Shown: positions 9,017 to 20,476, counted from the first letter of the stretch. The stretch: 62,693 nt of DNA from a virus (IMGVR_UViG_3300047379_001393:1-62693), one strand, 5' to 3'. Notes: generated by a model from the sequence alone, not told the origin. Numbers and translations: made by a program.

Positions 9017-12000
9017 TTAAATTAAATTCAGAAGTCCAGAATCATTATTAGAATAGTATTTACCCATCATGCTAGGGTTAGTAAAACCATTATAAATAAA
9101 AATCCAATTTTCTGTTGACGATAAAAACAACCAATGCCCATTAATAGAATATACATTACTAACAAAAGTCCAACCGTATATTGTTGAGCCTTGCGTTGAA
9201 TGTACATACATCCAGAAATTTATTTCCGGACTGACCTCCTCGGTATATAATGCATTTACATCTAAAGGTGGTTGCCCTGCAGTCCACTTATTAGAATCCT
9301 CTGGAAGCGGCGTGGTTTCAGAATTAGCTTCGGTACAATAATATAAATGACTAATATTATTTATATTTCTTGTAACGATATCATTTACCTCATAACTATC
9401 CCCAGATTGCCATACTTTGGCATCCAATATTCTCCTCCAATATTTATTACCATAAAACACAATTGCATCTTTAGGGATCTCATTGGGAACTGTTAAGGGA
9501 GAAGACCAAACCCCATAATATTTATAATCTGAACCCCTAAATCTCGGAAGTAAAAACACAGACATATCTTTATTATTATAAAAAGCATTTTTAATTTCCA
9601 ACCACTTGTTATGATCATTAAATGCGGATATATCTCCCCTCAATAAATTCTGAGGGCAATAAACTTCTTTACCTAACTTAGAATTTTCCAACACATAACC
9701 ATCTTGACCTAGGTGTACTGGAGTTGGAGATACATCGGTAACAATCGCTTTTTCACCAAATCTACCTAAAACCTTAAAAGATATTGGAGAAAAATCATAG
9801 TCAAAAACTATACTACGATCTTCTGTGGAATAAATATTATTAATATAAGTCCCAAAATCAATAACTGGTGGATTATATTCTATATGATTATATCTACCGG
9901 CAGATACTGACTGAAGGCTTCCTCCTTCAATTTTATTAAAGCTGCCAGCCCCAATCATGTTAGCTCCAGCGTGACCACTAGTTGATTCTGGCATTTCGTT
10001 CTTATATCCTGCGCATATTACAGAAAAATTATCTCCCACATTATTATCAAATCCACCAACTATCGTAGAAAATCTGCCAGTTATATCATTATATGCGCCA
10101 CCCACAATACTAGAAGCAAGACCATGAAATCCGCCGTAACCAGTTATATTCTGATTATACCCTCCCCCTATAAATGTAGCATTAGGTCCATCCATACTAT
10201 AAAAATCAACATCTGTTCTAGGAACATTATTGAGGGTTAATGTCCCCTTGATTTCTATTTTATTCTCTTGACCATTAAACCTAATATAAGATTCATCACT
10301 ACCCACATCAAATTTTGGATTAGGTAAATTATTTTCCAATTCATTACCCAAAAAGAAGCCTGTGACACCATTAGCATATTCTTTACCGACTGTTTTAATG
10401 ACACCTCCGTGACCAACATATTGATTGCTGGGATTAAGTTCTCCCTCCCCCATAGTTAGCGTTCTTGTTATAATTGCGTCTTCAGCTAATAAAAGTCTAG
10501 TTGCTACAGATTCAAATTGCGCTCCAAAAGTTTTCCAATAAAAAGAATTGGTACTTATACTAGGATCCATATGACCGACACTTGAAGGTCCACTACTATT
10601 TATTGCCATATAAAAAGTATTGTTAGTGTCTCTAAATACTACGTCACCACGCAAATCTTCTACTTCGTTAGCTCCATCTAGAACCCCTATATAATCCTTA
10701 TCAGGGCTCCATATACCTCTAAACACAGGAGACCTCCCGGTTGGTCCTGGAGCTCCATCAGATAATAAACTTATAGAATTTACATGCTCAATTCCTTGCT
10801 CAATTCCCGATGCAAATATAACTAAAGAACTTAAAAAAGAAGGGTTTTGACTCTGAATCATTGCATCGAAACCAGTGACATCAAATATAGCAGTAGCCTT
10901 TTTTATATTATTATCAAACCCCCCATAAACACCAAAGCTTGCATCAGAAGATGTTAGTGTTGGGTCATACTTAAATCCACTTATATCATACTTTCCATTA
11001 TTATGGTCTGTATATGAAATATATTCATAACCTCCAGGACTTGTTACCTTAAATCTAACTTGGTTTGAATCAATAGAGCTGTTTCTGTAATAAGCGGATA
11101 TCTTTGAGGAAGCGCTTGCGTCTTGAGGAACAAGGGCGTTTGAGGCATCTTCTACATAATCAAAATAATTAGGTTCGCAAGATAAAGACATCAAGGTAAA
11201 TTCTGTACCGTCTTTTTGCCTTATATTTCCTTCTATAGTAAGATCTCCATCATCGAAATATAAACGTCCATTATCTGCGGCAAATACAAAAGATCCATCA
11301 CCACTAATCGCAAATCCATCAGGCTGACTGCTTGCTGGCTCAACTAATCCAGGAAAGCCTGCGCTTCTAATTTGTCCACTTAAATTATTTCCGCCAACCT
11401 GTATATCTTGACCATATATTTCTGCAGACCTAATTTTATCTGCCGTAAGATTATGTACTTTTGCGTTAGTTATTGCTGCGTTCTGTATATGAGCTGTACC
11501 TATAGTAGCGTTAGCAAAAGCGTGCCACATTGGAGTAGCGGTTCCTAAAGAATTTCTCGCAATTATAAAGTCATGTTCGGGTCCGAGTAGATTAGGTTTA
11601 CTTTCATCAACGCCTATGCTCTGACCTTCTCCGGCAGGATGATAATAAGAAGTGTCATAATTTCCGGTGTAATAAATACTCCTTAAAGGATTATTGATTC
11701 CCCTAGGTCCATCATCAAGACCCTCTAGATCAGCTCCATTTAAACCAACAAGACCTAATTCTATTTTTTGATCTTCTGTCAGTGGAGTAATACTTTCCCC
11801 ATGAGTAGGGATTTTACCTGTCGCGCTCCAATAAATAAAAGGGTCAGTCGTTTCCCCTGGGCCAATAACATATCCAGTTCCATTATAATATATAAAATGC
11901 CTATCCCAAGAAACAGACGGTGCTTGAGGAGTATTATCTTTAAATGGATCATTAGGGATTAATGATAAAACATTTGGAAAAACCTCTGTAATATTTTGCT

Positions 12001-15000
12001 CAAAATCTTGAATATCAGTGGTTTCCATTTGACCTAAAATAAGATCTAATCCCTTTACATCGATCAGACTTGTATCTCCATCCCCCATAAAAGGCCCTTT
12101 ATTGCCCCCATTATCTACAGGTCTAATCCAAAAATATTTTCTTTGATTTGTTTTTCCTTTATATATAGCATCTAAATTACTTGGCCTACTAGCAGTAATA
12201 TTTAATATTCTCTCAGCATTACCTATCCCATCAGCGGGATCTTCTATTTCACTTAACAATGGACCTATAGAGGAAAGAGGTTGGCCAATTCTATTGTAAC
12301 CTGTATTCTCCAAGTGCGTTAGATTTTTATTTAAAGCTGGAAATTTTAAAACATCGTCATTTGAAGCCCAGATCTCATAGTATTTTATGTCCCTAGGAAC
12401 TAAACCTGGATTTCCGATAGTCGTTACAGGTGAATCCCAATTCAAAAAATACGTTTCAAAAGATGTGTCTCCTTCAAAATTCTCAACAGGGCCAGGTACA
12501 TAATTATCTATCAGGTTTTCAGATACAGGCCCAGGTGGCAGACTAGGATCTTCATTACTGTAACCTTTGGGGTATATTCTGACGTAACCGTCAACACTAT
12601 ACAAATCTCCAGAACCAAAGTCATCAAAAGGTAATATCTTATAGTAATACCCAGTCATCTCCTCGTCTATAGGAGGAGGATTTTCCGGGCCGTCATCCAC
12701 TATTGTATTTACATTTGTACCAAAAGTAGCGTCTGCTGGACCAAACGTACTTTTAACAAAAGTAGCAGCCCCAGTACCAGGTAAACCCTCGCTATCCAAT
12801 ATACTAAAATTTTCATCCTCAGATCGATATAAATGAACTTTGGTTGTTTTTTCTCTTGACTCAGAAGCGTAATTAAAATGAAATTTAGTTTTAGTGACTT
12901 CACTAAAAGAATCCACTCTAAAAGTTCGATCTAAAATACTAGGCTCTTGATTTACCCCTATTATTCTTTCTGTTTGAATTGGATTGCCTAGGTTATCCAA
13001 AAGTGCAATCTCGAAACCAATAGATCTTTTACCGCTCTCAGGTATACCTTTGTGCCCGAAAATTACATTTTGATAATTCGAACTTCTTTCCCATATGGGC
13101 ATCCAATGAGATTGGATATAATTGATATCCCCGACGCCAGCAGACTCTGTCTGGGCGTAAACAGGAGACCCAGTGGGTTCATCTTGCAAGGCTTTATAAA
13201 CCATACCTTCGTCAAAAACTAGATCATTAATTTTGTAAGATACACTTTGATCATATCCACTAATACTTATATCGAAACTATCGGAAGATTTAGGGTTCTG
13301 CAAAATCCAAGTACTCGAATCTAAAACAGGAGACCCTACTATAGGCGCACTAACATCCCTATCAACTTTAAATATACTTTCTGCATAATCAACTGATTCT
13401 TTAGCTAAAGACCAATAGGAATTATTTAAAGAAGGGGTTACGGCTTGCGGTTGATTCTTTAAAGCTTTATATATCTCACCATTATATAAAACTAAATTAC
13501 CAACATAATACCCCCTACTAGGATTAAATATTTCAGCGGACACATTAGGTAAGACAACTAAGTCTCCGGAGCTATAATCATGATTCTGGTTAAAAAAATC
13601 AGAGGAATACTCTGGCCCAAAATTTTGATTAACAATATATATATTATTTTCATATTGAACAGCATCAGAATATAATGAATTATTATTGAATAAATAATTT
13701 TGATTAGATTGCCAATCTTGATATTCTGGTTTAATATACGGGGATTGTATAGAATTATTCGCCTTTACCTCAAAGATTTTATCTTCACTACCAATAACGT
13801 GAAGAGGCCCACTTGTTTTCGAGTAAGCTACAGACGGATCGAAGTCTATAAGATCTTCGGGGAATCCTCCTCTTTTATATAATTGATTATTTAATTCTCT
13901 AGTATATTCATAAGAGTAAAATATTCTTGCGTTATGTAAGTTTGTTTCTATATTCTTTTCTAATAGATCACCAACAAAAGCTGACGATAGATCATTTCCA
14001 TAAGTGATAGGAGCTACAAACCTTTCAGTGTCTGCGTCAAACAAATGCCCACTAAAACCCAATAACCTAGGCACATCTGATTCAGATAGAATAAACCTCT
14101 CATTTTGTAAATCGACAGCATTACCATCGCTATCAATAGCACCCCAAGAGAATATTAAATCATCCTTTCTTTCTCTGTAAGAAAGATTTTGTATTTGAAT
14201 AAACGAAGTAAAATCTTTAAGGTCCCCACCAACAGTTAATCCTTCTTCGGAAATATTATAATTTACTCCCGTACCAAAACCATCTACTGGCTGAATTCCA
14301 TAATAATAAGAAAGTCCAAAAACCTGATCATAAGAAAAGCTATTATTCTGAACGTAACCATTAACTAAGAAAAAATCATCTACAGGTTCTTCAAGTTTTT
14401 CCCAATAACTTGAATTATTAGGAGATTTTGAAGATGAAGCTGTATGTTCAGAAATTGATCTGTATACAAAACCATCAGAATATTTTACAAATTGCCCCTG
14501 TTGATAATTTTTGTTTGGAATATTTTTCCAATCCCCAGCATCTTTTAGTTTATTATAATATTCATAATTATCAACTATACTACTAGATGAATATAAGGTT
14601 TTATCTCTAGGTAAAGCCAAACCGCTTACTCTAGCATCAATAAAGTCTGTATCAGAAGAGTTCCAGGAAAATAAAACAGACGACCCATTCATTTCACTTG
14701 AAAAACTATTAAAAACAGGAGCAGGGTTTATTCCAGTTAAAAGACCAGTGCAAGTTCTACCGAAAGAATCGTGGGCAACTATTTCAATAGAATTTATTCT
14801 TTCTAAAGATAAATCCTGAAAGGTGCCTGGGCCTAAATTTAATTGAAAATCTCTATAGAAATTTAAAGCTTCTCCTGGGTCCGCCGAGCTTAATTCTCTC
14901 TCCATATCTGGAGAATCATTCAAAACTTGTTCAGATATTAAATTACCCTGCTGCCCTGCATATATTTTAATTTCAAAATGATCAAAAAAAGTATCATTCA

Positions 15001-15475
15001 ATAATTCAGAATTTAAAGACTTACCTTCATTAGCGTGACCAATAGGAGGTACTAGGTCCCACTTTAACTGAATATCCTTGCCGACAAACTCGGAATTGAC
15101 AATTAATTTATCACCTTCAAAGAGAGGGCTATATTCATTAACGCTCCCTATATTAGCTTTTTCTGGTAAATTATCAATTCTTAAATTAGAAAAGGTAAAT
15201 GTTCCATCGAATTCTGGAGCACTAATACTTATTGTATCTTGAATAAATTCAGATCTTATACCTATTTGACTTACGGCAAACACCCTGACATTAAAAATCC
15301 CATAATTACCATATAAAGGAATAATTTTATCACAAGTTTCCCCAACTTCATCGACTAGTTTACTCCCTATGCCTAAATTATGAGTAAAAGAATAGTTATC
15401 TGATGTACCGACAACTTCGTATGAAGCGCTTAAATCCATCACTTCGAATTGAATCCCTATCGTTGTTGAAGACAT
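9017..15475 (-). CDS. Large tail tip/central fibre protein (gpJ C-terminal-like part: FN3-like, CBM-like repeats, beta-helix repeats)
   Basis: 2152 aa; YFWIRPVD..GNKG FN3 motif, AHIQNAAITNAKVHNLTADKI gpJ-type motif, Y..GD.V.Y....Y repeats, IVGG.N repeats; directly follows the gpJ-like gene. Confidence 0.8.
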   Translation of the reverse strand: MSSTTIGIQFEVMDLSASYEVVGTSDNYSFTHNLGIGSKLVDEVGETCDKIIPLYGNYGIFNVRVFAVSQIGIRSEFIQDTISISAPEFDGTFTFSNLRIDNLPEKANIGSVNEYSPLFEGDKLIVNSEFVGKDIQLKWDLVPPIGHANEGKSLNSELLNDTFFDHFEIKIYAGQQGNLISEQVLNDSPDMERELSSADPGEALNFYRDFQLNLGPGTFQDLSLERINSIEIVAHDSFGRTCTGLLTGINPAPVFNSFSSEMNGSSVLFSWNSSDTDFIDARVSGLALPRDKTLYSSSSIVDNYEYYNKLKDAGDWKNIPNKNYQQGQFVKYSDGFVYRSISEHTASSSKSPNNSSYWEKLEEPVDDFFLVNGYVQNNSFSYDQVFGLSYYYGIQPVDGFGTGVNYNISEEGLTVGGDLKDFTSFIQIQNLSYRERKDDLIFSWGAIDSDGNAVDLQNERFILSESDVPRLLGFSGHLFDADTERFVAPITYGNDLSSAFVGDLLEKNIETNLHNARIFYSYEYTRELNNQLYKRGGFPEDLIDFDPSVAYSKTSGPLHVIGSEDKIFEVKANNSIQSPYIKPEYQDWQSNQNYLFNNNSLYSDAVQYENNIYIVNQNFGPEYSSDFFNQNHDYSSGDLVVLPNVSAEIFNPSRGYYVGNLVLYNGEIYKALKNQPQAVTPSLNNSYWSLAKESVDYAESIFKVDRDVSAPIVGSPVLDSSTWILQNPKSSDSFDISISGYDQSVSYKINDLVFDEGMVYKALQDEPTGSPVYAQTESAGVGDINYIQSHWMPIWERSSNYQNVIFGHKGIPESGKRSIGFEIALLDNLGNPIQTERIIGVNQEPSILDRTFRVDSFSEVTKTKFHFNYASESREKTTKVHLYRSEDENFSILDSEGLPGTGAATFVKSTFGPADATFGTNVNTIVDDGPENPPPIDEEMTGYYYKILPFDDFGSGDLYSVDGYVRIYPKGYSNEDPSLPPGPVSENLIDNYVPGPVENFEGDTSFETYFLNWDSPVTTIGNPGLVPRDIKYYEIWASNDDVLKFPALNKNLTHLENTGYNRIGQPLSSIGPLLSEIEDPADGIGNAERILNITASRPSNLDAIYKGKTNQRKYFWIRPVDNGGNKGPFMGDGDTSLIDVKGLDLILGQMETTDIQDFEQNITEVFPNVLSLIPNDPFKDNTPQAPSVSWDRHFIYYNGTGYVIGPGETTDPFIYWSATGKIPTHGESITPLTEDQKIELGLVGLNGADLEGLDDGPRGINNPLRSIYYTGNYDTSYYHPAGEGQSIGVDESKPNLLGPEHDFIIARNSLGTATPMWHAFANATIGTAHIQNAAITNAKVHNLTADKIRSAEIYGQDIQVGGNNLSGQIRSAGFPGLVEPASSQPDGFAISGDGSFVFAADNGRLYFDDGDLTIEGNIRQKDGTEFTLMSLSCEPNYFDYVEDASNALVPQDASASSKISAYYRNSSIDSNQVRFKVTSPGGYEYISYTDHNNGKYDISGFKYDPTLTSSDASFGVYGGFDNNIKKATAIFDVTGFDAMIQSQNPSFLSSLVIFASGIEQGIEHVNSISLLSDGAPGPTGRSPVFRGIWSPDKDYIGVLDGANEVEDLRGDVVFRDTNNTFYMAINSSGPSSVGHMDPSISTNSFYWKTFGAQFESVATRLLLAEDAIITRTLTMGEGELNPSNQYVGHGGVIKTVGKEYANGVTGFFLGNELENNLPNPKFDVGSDESYIRFNGQENKIEIKGTLTLNNVPRTDVDFYSMDGPNATFIGGGYNQNITGYGGFHGLASSIVGGAYNDITGRFSTIVGGFDNNVGDNFSVICAGYKNEMPESTSGHAGANMIGAGSFNKIEGGSLQSVSAGRYNHIEYNPPVIDFGTYINNIYSTEDRSIVFDYDFSPISFKVLGRFGEKAIVTDVSPTPVHLGQDGYVLENSKLGKEVYCPQNLLRGDISAFNDHNKWLEIKNAFYNNKDMSVFLLPRFRGSDYKYYGVWSSPLTVPNEIPKDAIVFYGNKYWRRILDAKVWQSGDSYEVNDIVTRNINNISHLYYCTEANSETTPLPEDSNKWTAGQPPLDVNALYTEEVSPEINFWMYVHSTQGSTIYGWTFVSNVYSINGHWLFLSSTENWIFIYNGFTNPSMMGKYYSNNDSGLLNLI

Positions 15476-18400
15476 TATGAAGTAAGATCGCTTAAGATTA
15501 AATTTTGAGGAGGTTCAGGTAAACGCATATCTGCTTGTGGAGGAATAGGCACTGTCGGAACCTTAATAGGTAAATTTTTATCTATAGATTCAAACTTTGA
15601 CTTATTATATTCTAAACCTACAACTTCATATTTTCTATATTCCATTTCCTTTACAGATAAAACCCTAAAAGCTTGTGACTGAAAATGCCTCAAAGATATG
15701 TTTTTGATTGACTCTGTGTAAAAAATCGACCCACTATCCGAAACATTGGTAGACTGAATTATTGAGGCTGCGGATTCTGAATCAAATAACTCTACTTCGT
15801 CATCATTAACAAAAGCTGTACTCCATTTTGCATTCATAATAGAATTAAGAGAATCACTACCAGACGTAAATCCAGAAATTTCTATAACCCTATTTCTATA
15901 CAAGTCCAACCCATGACCTTCAGGTAATCTTATTTTAATACAGTCTTTTTTGGTTAAAGAGCTTGTTTCGCTCAAAAACTCAACAGAACTTATTAAGCTT
16001 GAATGGTAAGCTGGATTAGAAGACTTATCAGAGTTAGTTAAAGAAACTTCTGTTTCTTCAGGAGGAGAGTCATTATAAAATTCATCAACTAAACCCATAT
16101 GGTAAGCGCTTTGAGAAATTACCCAATAACCCGCAGGGGAAGTGGAAACTTTTAAAACTTTATACTCACCACCTTCAGCGAGGATTATATCTTGCCCTGA
16201 CAAATAATCATGCTGGTCATCATATATAAAAAATATACCAACCTTACCGCCACTAATTTCATCATCATCATTACCAATACGCTCAACATACATCCATTTC
16301 TCTTCGCTATTAGACCACCAAAAATTATAATGCAAAGATTCATTCGTTGACACCCACCCGACACCCGTCCACCAGAACCAAAAAAACTCATCGACATTAG
16401 CTCTATCATCTTTCATGGAGCCAATATATATCCAGCCCATATATTGCCCATAAAACCATTCCTTACTACCCGAGAACCACACAGGTCCAAATATACTTGT
16501 ATCATACCAACTACTAGCTTTATCAAGGGTTTTGATAATAAATAAATTATTCATATTACTAGGCAAAGAAGTGGCTCCGGAAACTTGAGATCCATATAAA
16601 CCCTGAATATAGTAAGCTGATCCTATCTCAACTTGGTTAATATAGGATTGAGTAATCTCCCTGCCTCTATTATTTATTTTCTCTATACATAGAAAATGAT
16701 CTCCGCCTATATTATCAAAATTATCCCGTCCAGCATCAAGAATCTTAAGAACATTGATCCCATCAACAGAAACTTGAAGGGTGTGTTCGGTAGAGTTTAT
16801 CACATAATACGAAAAAGTTCCTATTCTATTTTTTTGCAAACCCAAAGGAAGAACGCCTTCCGAAACGAACCTAACCCTATCACCATCCTCCAACCCATGA
16901 TTATATATTCTTATTTTACTTGCATCGCTTTCAACCAGGAACGGCAACTTAACCATCAACTCAGAAATTATAGATGATTGTCCTTGAGGTCCTTTTATTT
17001 CTATAGAGGGATTATAATTTAACACTCCTTGGAATTTTACAATTTGAGGAGCTGGAGAAGCTATAGACCTTATTTCTTCATCTTGATCTTCACTAGATTT
17101 ATGATGAGGCGCCCTCTCATTTAATTCTAAATCTGTAATAGTAGGCATACCTACATTTACAGTTATATCAACTTTATCGATCGCGATTAAATCTCTGGCT
17201 GATTTATCAATTAAAAAATAATCAGATCCATCATTAAATTTACTGACATCCAATAATCTACCACTCATATTTCTCCCAGCACGCGATTCATCAGATACCT
17301 CAATAATACATCCCGGATACAAATAAGATGCCTCCTCTGAAGCGGTGAATGAAACTTGCTCAACCTCAACTTGAGAGCTCATTAAAAACCACTTGGCTAA
17401 CCTTCTTGCTTGAGTTTCCGAGGTTATACCTAAACCCATTACTTCTTTTTGTTGGTACCCAAATAACCTCATTCCGTCAGAATCTTCTTCATACACCATA
17501 TCAGGGGCAAAGTTCTTATCCTTATTATTAAATCTAATAAGAACAGCTGTAAATTTTTTGTTTTTTTCTGTTCCAGAATAAATAAATCCTTTCTCACGAG
17601 AAACATTAGAATTATTAAACAGCATAATTGGATTTTTTTCGCTATCCTGAAGGGTAATTATTTTTCCAAAACTATAACCAACTAAACCTCTAAAAACTGA
17701 AGCTATATTATTCATAGCCTGAATAGCCTCCGTTTTTTCGTTTAAATACATATTGCAAGTAAACCTACTCTCTACAATGGGGTGACTAATTTGAGCACAG
17801 CAAGCTCCCACAGTATAATGATAACCTTCTTCATAAAAAGTTGCAGGGTTATCTAGAAGATTAGGGCCATAAAGAGTGACTGTTTTTGCTGAGGGGTCGC
17901 TAGACTTTATCACTCTCTCTACAATTTTAACATTGCCCTTTCTAATAGCAGATTTTCTAGCGAAATCCTCTTTTTCATCCAAAGAAAAAATTCCGCTCCC
18001 TCCGTGCTGATATACAAAAAGAGCAATTTTTGCACCGCGCATTGAATCTCCGTTACCAAATTCTTTAATAAACTGGTGTTCATCTAAGGTTTCATAATCA
18101 TCAACAGAAACAACCCTATTAGCTTTATCCACGAAATAACTTTTTTTATAAATTAAAACATCAAAAGACCCCAGCTCACCATCCTCAGGGTCATCATGTT
18201 CTATGTTATTACAAACAAATGATCTTGGGAAATGTGTTGCGGTTTCGATTGGATACCTAGTTTCGACTAACTCATCACAGTATTTGGCTACTTGATAAAG
18301 TTGCCACTTATCTATATTATATTGCTCAAGACCATATTTACCAAGCCCATATCTTGGATTTTGAACTAAATCAAAAAAGATCCAAGCGGGATTATCCGTC

Positions 18401-20451
18401 CAAAATTTAAATTTATCAGATATTGAACTAAGGGGATCATCAAAACCTATTAAGTCTCCAGCAGCATCGACCGACTGACCTTTAAATAAACCATCCCACG
18501 GCCCCTTATAAGTTTTGGACAGCGGATCATAATTGGAGGGGATTAATACTTTTTTTAACTTTACATGATAAGTTCTATTTGGAATTGATTTAAAATTTTT
18601 ACTATCAAAAGTTATTTTAACCATAGCTGTATCTGGGTATAGCATTGGGCTCAAAATTCTTTCTTGAACAGTGTGTATTTTTAATTGCCTCTGAGCAGCT
18701 ATTCCTCCTACGTTAGTCAGCGTAGACCCAGGTCTATCAAAACACGAATAGTATGGGGCTTTTTTATTTTTTCCGCTCTTCTTTTTATGCTTAGCTGATG
18801 GGTCATATTCAGAACTTAATTTAACAACAGAAATGACTGTTGCGCCCCTCATTTGGTCAAAATTTTCTAAAGGATCAAACTCGAATTCAACATCAAAATT
18901 ACAAGAGCTAGTTATCCCCCATACAATAAAAAATCCCCTAGGATCTATAAATAATCCGCCAGGATCACTATTTTGTGATTTTATGTAAGTGTCTACGGGA
19001 CTTTCTTCGTTGGAAAAAAATATTCCTGTTGAAGTATCAGGATTAATATGTTCCGAGTCATGCCATTTCCTGAATATACTCTGTTCGTTTTGCGATAAAA
19101 ATTCCTGAGCCAGCTCATCAATAGTCCTATTTCTATTTGTCCAAGAGGATTTTAAATTAATAATTTTAGTATAGCAATTAAGATAAGTGCTACCCTCTTG
19201 AGCCCACTCAGATTTAGCTGAAGAATTTGAGCCAGCTACATTAATAGCGTTTTTAATTTTTTCTAAAGTCGAAAAAGTTTGCCCATTTATCTTTATAGAT
19301 AACACCCTAGAACGCCCAACTTCTAAAATATTTTCACTTTTCCCGTTCCTAGATATTGTGATCGCAAACCTAATTGAATTAAATATAGTAGCCCCGTCAT
19401 CCATGCTCTGAGTTAGTGCCGCAGAAAGAGAAACATTAAATTTTGAGACATATTGATTCCTGGATGCATGACTAAACATCTTAGCTCCCTGAGTAAGAGC
19501 TTCGCTAATATCAACGTATTCTGATTTAGGTTTTCCAACATCACCATCTTGATAAGGGCTGGGACCAAAGCAACCCATATTATATTCAGTTAATAAAGAA
19601 ACTTCTGGGGATAAAACCTTAGATTGGCTAGCGGAGCCATCCTTGAATTCGGGGAGGATTCCTCGTTCGTTTAAAACATAATTAAATATATCTTTACCGT
19701 TGACAGAGCTTTTAATTGGTACATTATTTAAAAATATTCCAGCCCTAATATCACCTTCGGATATAGCTCCACCATTTTGATTAACGAATCCTTCTATTGG
19801 ACCCTCAGATATAATATCTAAGTACTCAACGTCAGTAAAGCTTTCTAGAACATACTTAACTGAATGAGTGCGCTCATCTAACCTTGAGTTTGTATTTTTT
19901 GCATCTACATTTATAGACCCCACTTTAAGCCTTCCGTAACCAATAGGAACAACAATTCCTTGCGCTTGCCTATTCTTGGAAGAGCTTAATAGGTAAGATT
20001 TAGTGGAAATTTGTTTGCCAGGTTTAGGCGGCTCTGGAGGTTTGAATAATGCATTAATAGCATAACTTACCGCAACAGAAACTAATGTCATCACGAGAAC
20101 CTTTCCCCAAGAAATGGATGCTACAACTCCAGCTATAGCAGTTATACTAGAAACAACCGCCCCTCCTTGAGCGACTGGAACTAAGTGCAGTTCCTCTTTT
20201 TTAAAATTTAAATCCATATATTCTTTATGAAATACAGAATTATCCAATTCTTCTTGAGACTTTATCTTAGCAGGATCTTTAGTGAAAACAGCGTACTCTT
20301 GGCCTTCTTTTTTTGCGTCGATTACATATTTTATAAAACCTTCGTTATTAGATTCTAAAGCAATCATTATCTCCGGGAGATTTTTAGCGTGAAGCTCAAA
20401 TTTCCTCCCAAATCTTTTACCTAAAGACCCATGTAAATATACCTTTTTCAT
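15475..20451 (-). CDS. Tail tip protein: lambda gpI-like N-terminus fused to gpJ-like host specificity protein
   Basis: MKKVYLHGSLGKRFG...LHLVPVAQGG (gpI-like), VPIGYGRLKVGS, DIISEGPIEG, WTDNPAWIFFDLVQNPRYGLG, YCDELV, RFTCN, G.TSETQARR gpJ motifs. Confidence 0.92.
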   Translation of the reverse strand: MKKVYLHGSLGKRFGRKFELHAKNLPEIMIALESNNEGFIKYVIDAKKEGQEYAVFTKDPAKIKSQEELDNSVFHKEYMDLNFKKEELHLVPVAQGGAVVSSITAIAGVVASISWGKVLVMTLVSVAVSYAINALFKPPEPPKPGKQISTKSYLLSSSKNRQAQGIVVPIGYGRLKVGSINVDAKNTNSRLDERTHSVKYVLESFTDVEYLDIISEGPIEGFVNQNGGAISEGDIRAGIFLNNVPIKSSVNGKDIFNYVLNERGILPEFKDGSASQSKVLSPEVSLLTEYNMGCFGPSPYQDGDVGKPKSEYVDISEALTQGAKMFSHASRNQYVSKFNVSLSAALTQSMDDGATIFNSIRFAITISRNGKSENILEVGRSRVLSIKINGQTFSTLEKIKNAINVAGSNSSAKSEWAQEGSTYLNCYTKIINLKSSWTNRNRTIDELAQEFLSQNEQSIFRKWHDSEHINPDTSTGIFFSNEESPVDTYIKSQNSDPGGLFIDPRGFFIVWGITSSCNFDVEFEFDPLENFDQMRGATVISVVKLSSEYDPSAKHKKKSGKNKKAPYYSCFDRPGSTLTNVGGIAAQRQLKIHTVQERILSPMLYPDTAMVKITFDSKNFKSIPNRTYHVKLKKVLIPSNYDPLSKTYKGPWDGLFKGQSVDAAGDLIGFDDPLSSISDKFKFWTDNPAWIFFDLVQNPRYGLGKYGLEQYNIDKWQLYQVAKYCDELVETRYPIETATHFPRSFVCNNIEHDDPEDGELGSFDVLIYKKSYFVDKANRVVSVDDYETLDEHQFIKEFGNGDSMRGAKIALFVYQHGGSGIFSLDEKEDFARKSAIRKGNVKIVERVIKSSDPSAKTVTLYGPNLLDNPATFYEEGYHYTVGACCAQISHPIVESRFTCNMYLNEKTEAIQAMNNIASVFRGLVGYSFGKIITLQDSEKNPIMLFNNSNVSREKGFIYSGTEKNKKFTAVLIRFNNKDKNFAPDMVYEEDSDGMRLFGYQQKEVMGLGITSETQARRLAKWFLMSSQVEVEQVSFTASEEASYLYPGCIIEVSDESRAGRNMSGRLLDVSKFNDGSDYFLIDKSARDLIAIDKVDITVNVGMPTITDLELNERAPHHKSSEDQDEEIRSIASPAPQIVKFQGVLNYNPSIEIKGPQGQSSIISELMVKLPFLVESDASKIRIYNHGLEDGDRVRFVSEGVLPLGLQKNRIGTFSYYVINSTEHTLQVSVDGINVLKILDAGRDNFDNIGGDHFLCIEKINNRGREITQSYINQVEIGSAYYIQGLYGSQVSGATSLPSNMNNLFIIKTLDKASSWYDTSIFGPVWFSGSKEWFYGQYMGWIYIGSMKDDRANVDEFFWFWWTGVGWVSTNESLHYNFWWSNSEEKWMYVERIGNDDDEISGGKVGIFFIYDDQHDYLSGQDIILAEGGEYKVLKVSTSPAGYWVISQSAYHMGLVDEFYNDSPPEETEVSLTNSDKSSNPAYHSSLISSVEFLSETSSLTKKDCIKIRLPEGHGLDLYRNRVIEISGFTSGSDSLNSIMNAKWSTAFVNDDEVELFDSESAASIIQSTNVSDSGSIFYTESIKNISLRHFQSQAFRVLSVKEMEYRKYEVVGLEYNKSKFESIDKNLPIKVPTVPIPPQADMRLPEPPQNLILSDLTS

Positions 20452-20454
20452 TCC

Positions 20455-20476
20455 TTATACCTTAGGTATAATACAC
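20455..20476 (-). promoter_or_regulatory. GTGTA putative late promoter motif followed by AAGGTATAAGG leader
   Basis: Minus strand reads AGTGTATTATACCTAAGGTATAAGGA-ATG upstream of 20451. Confidence 0.5.
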
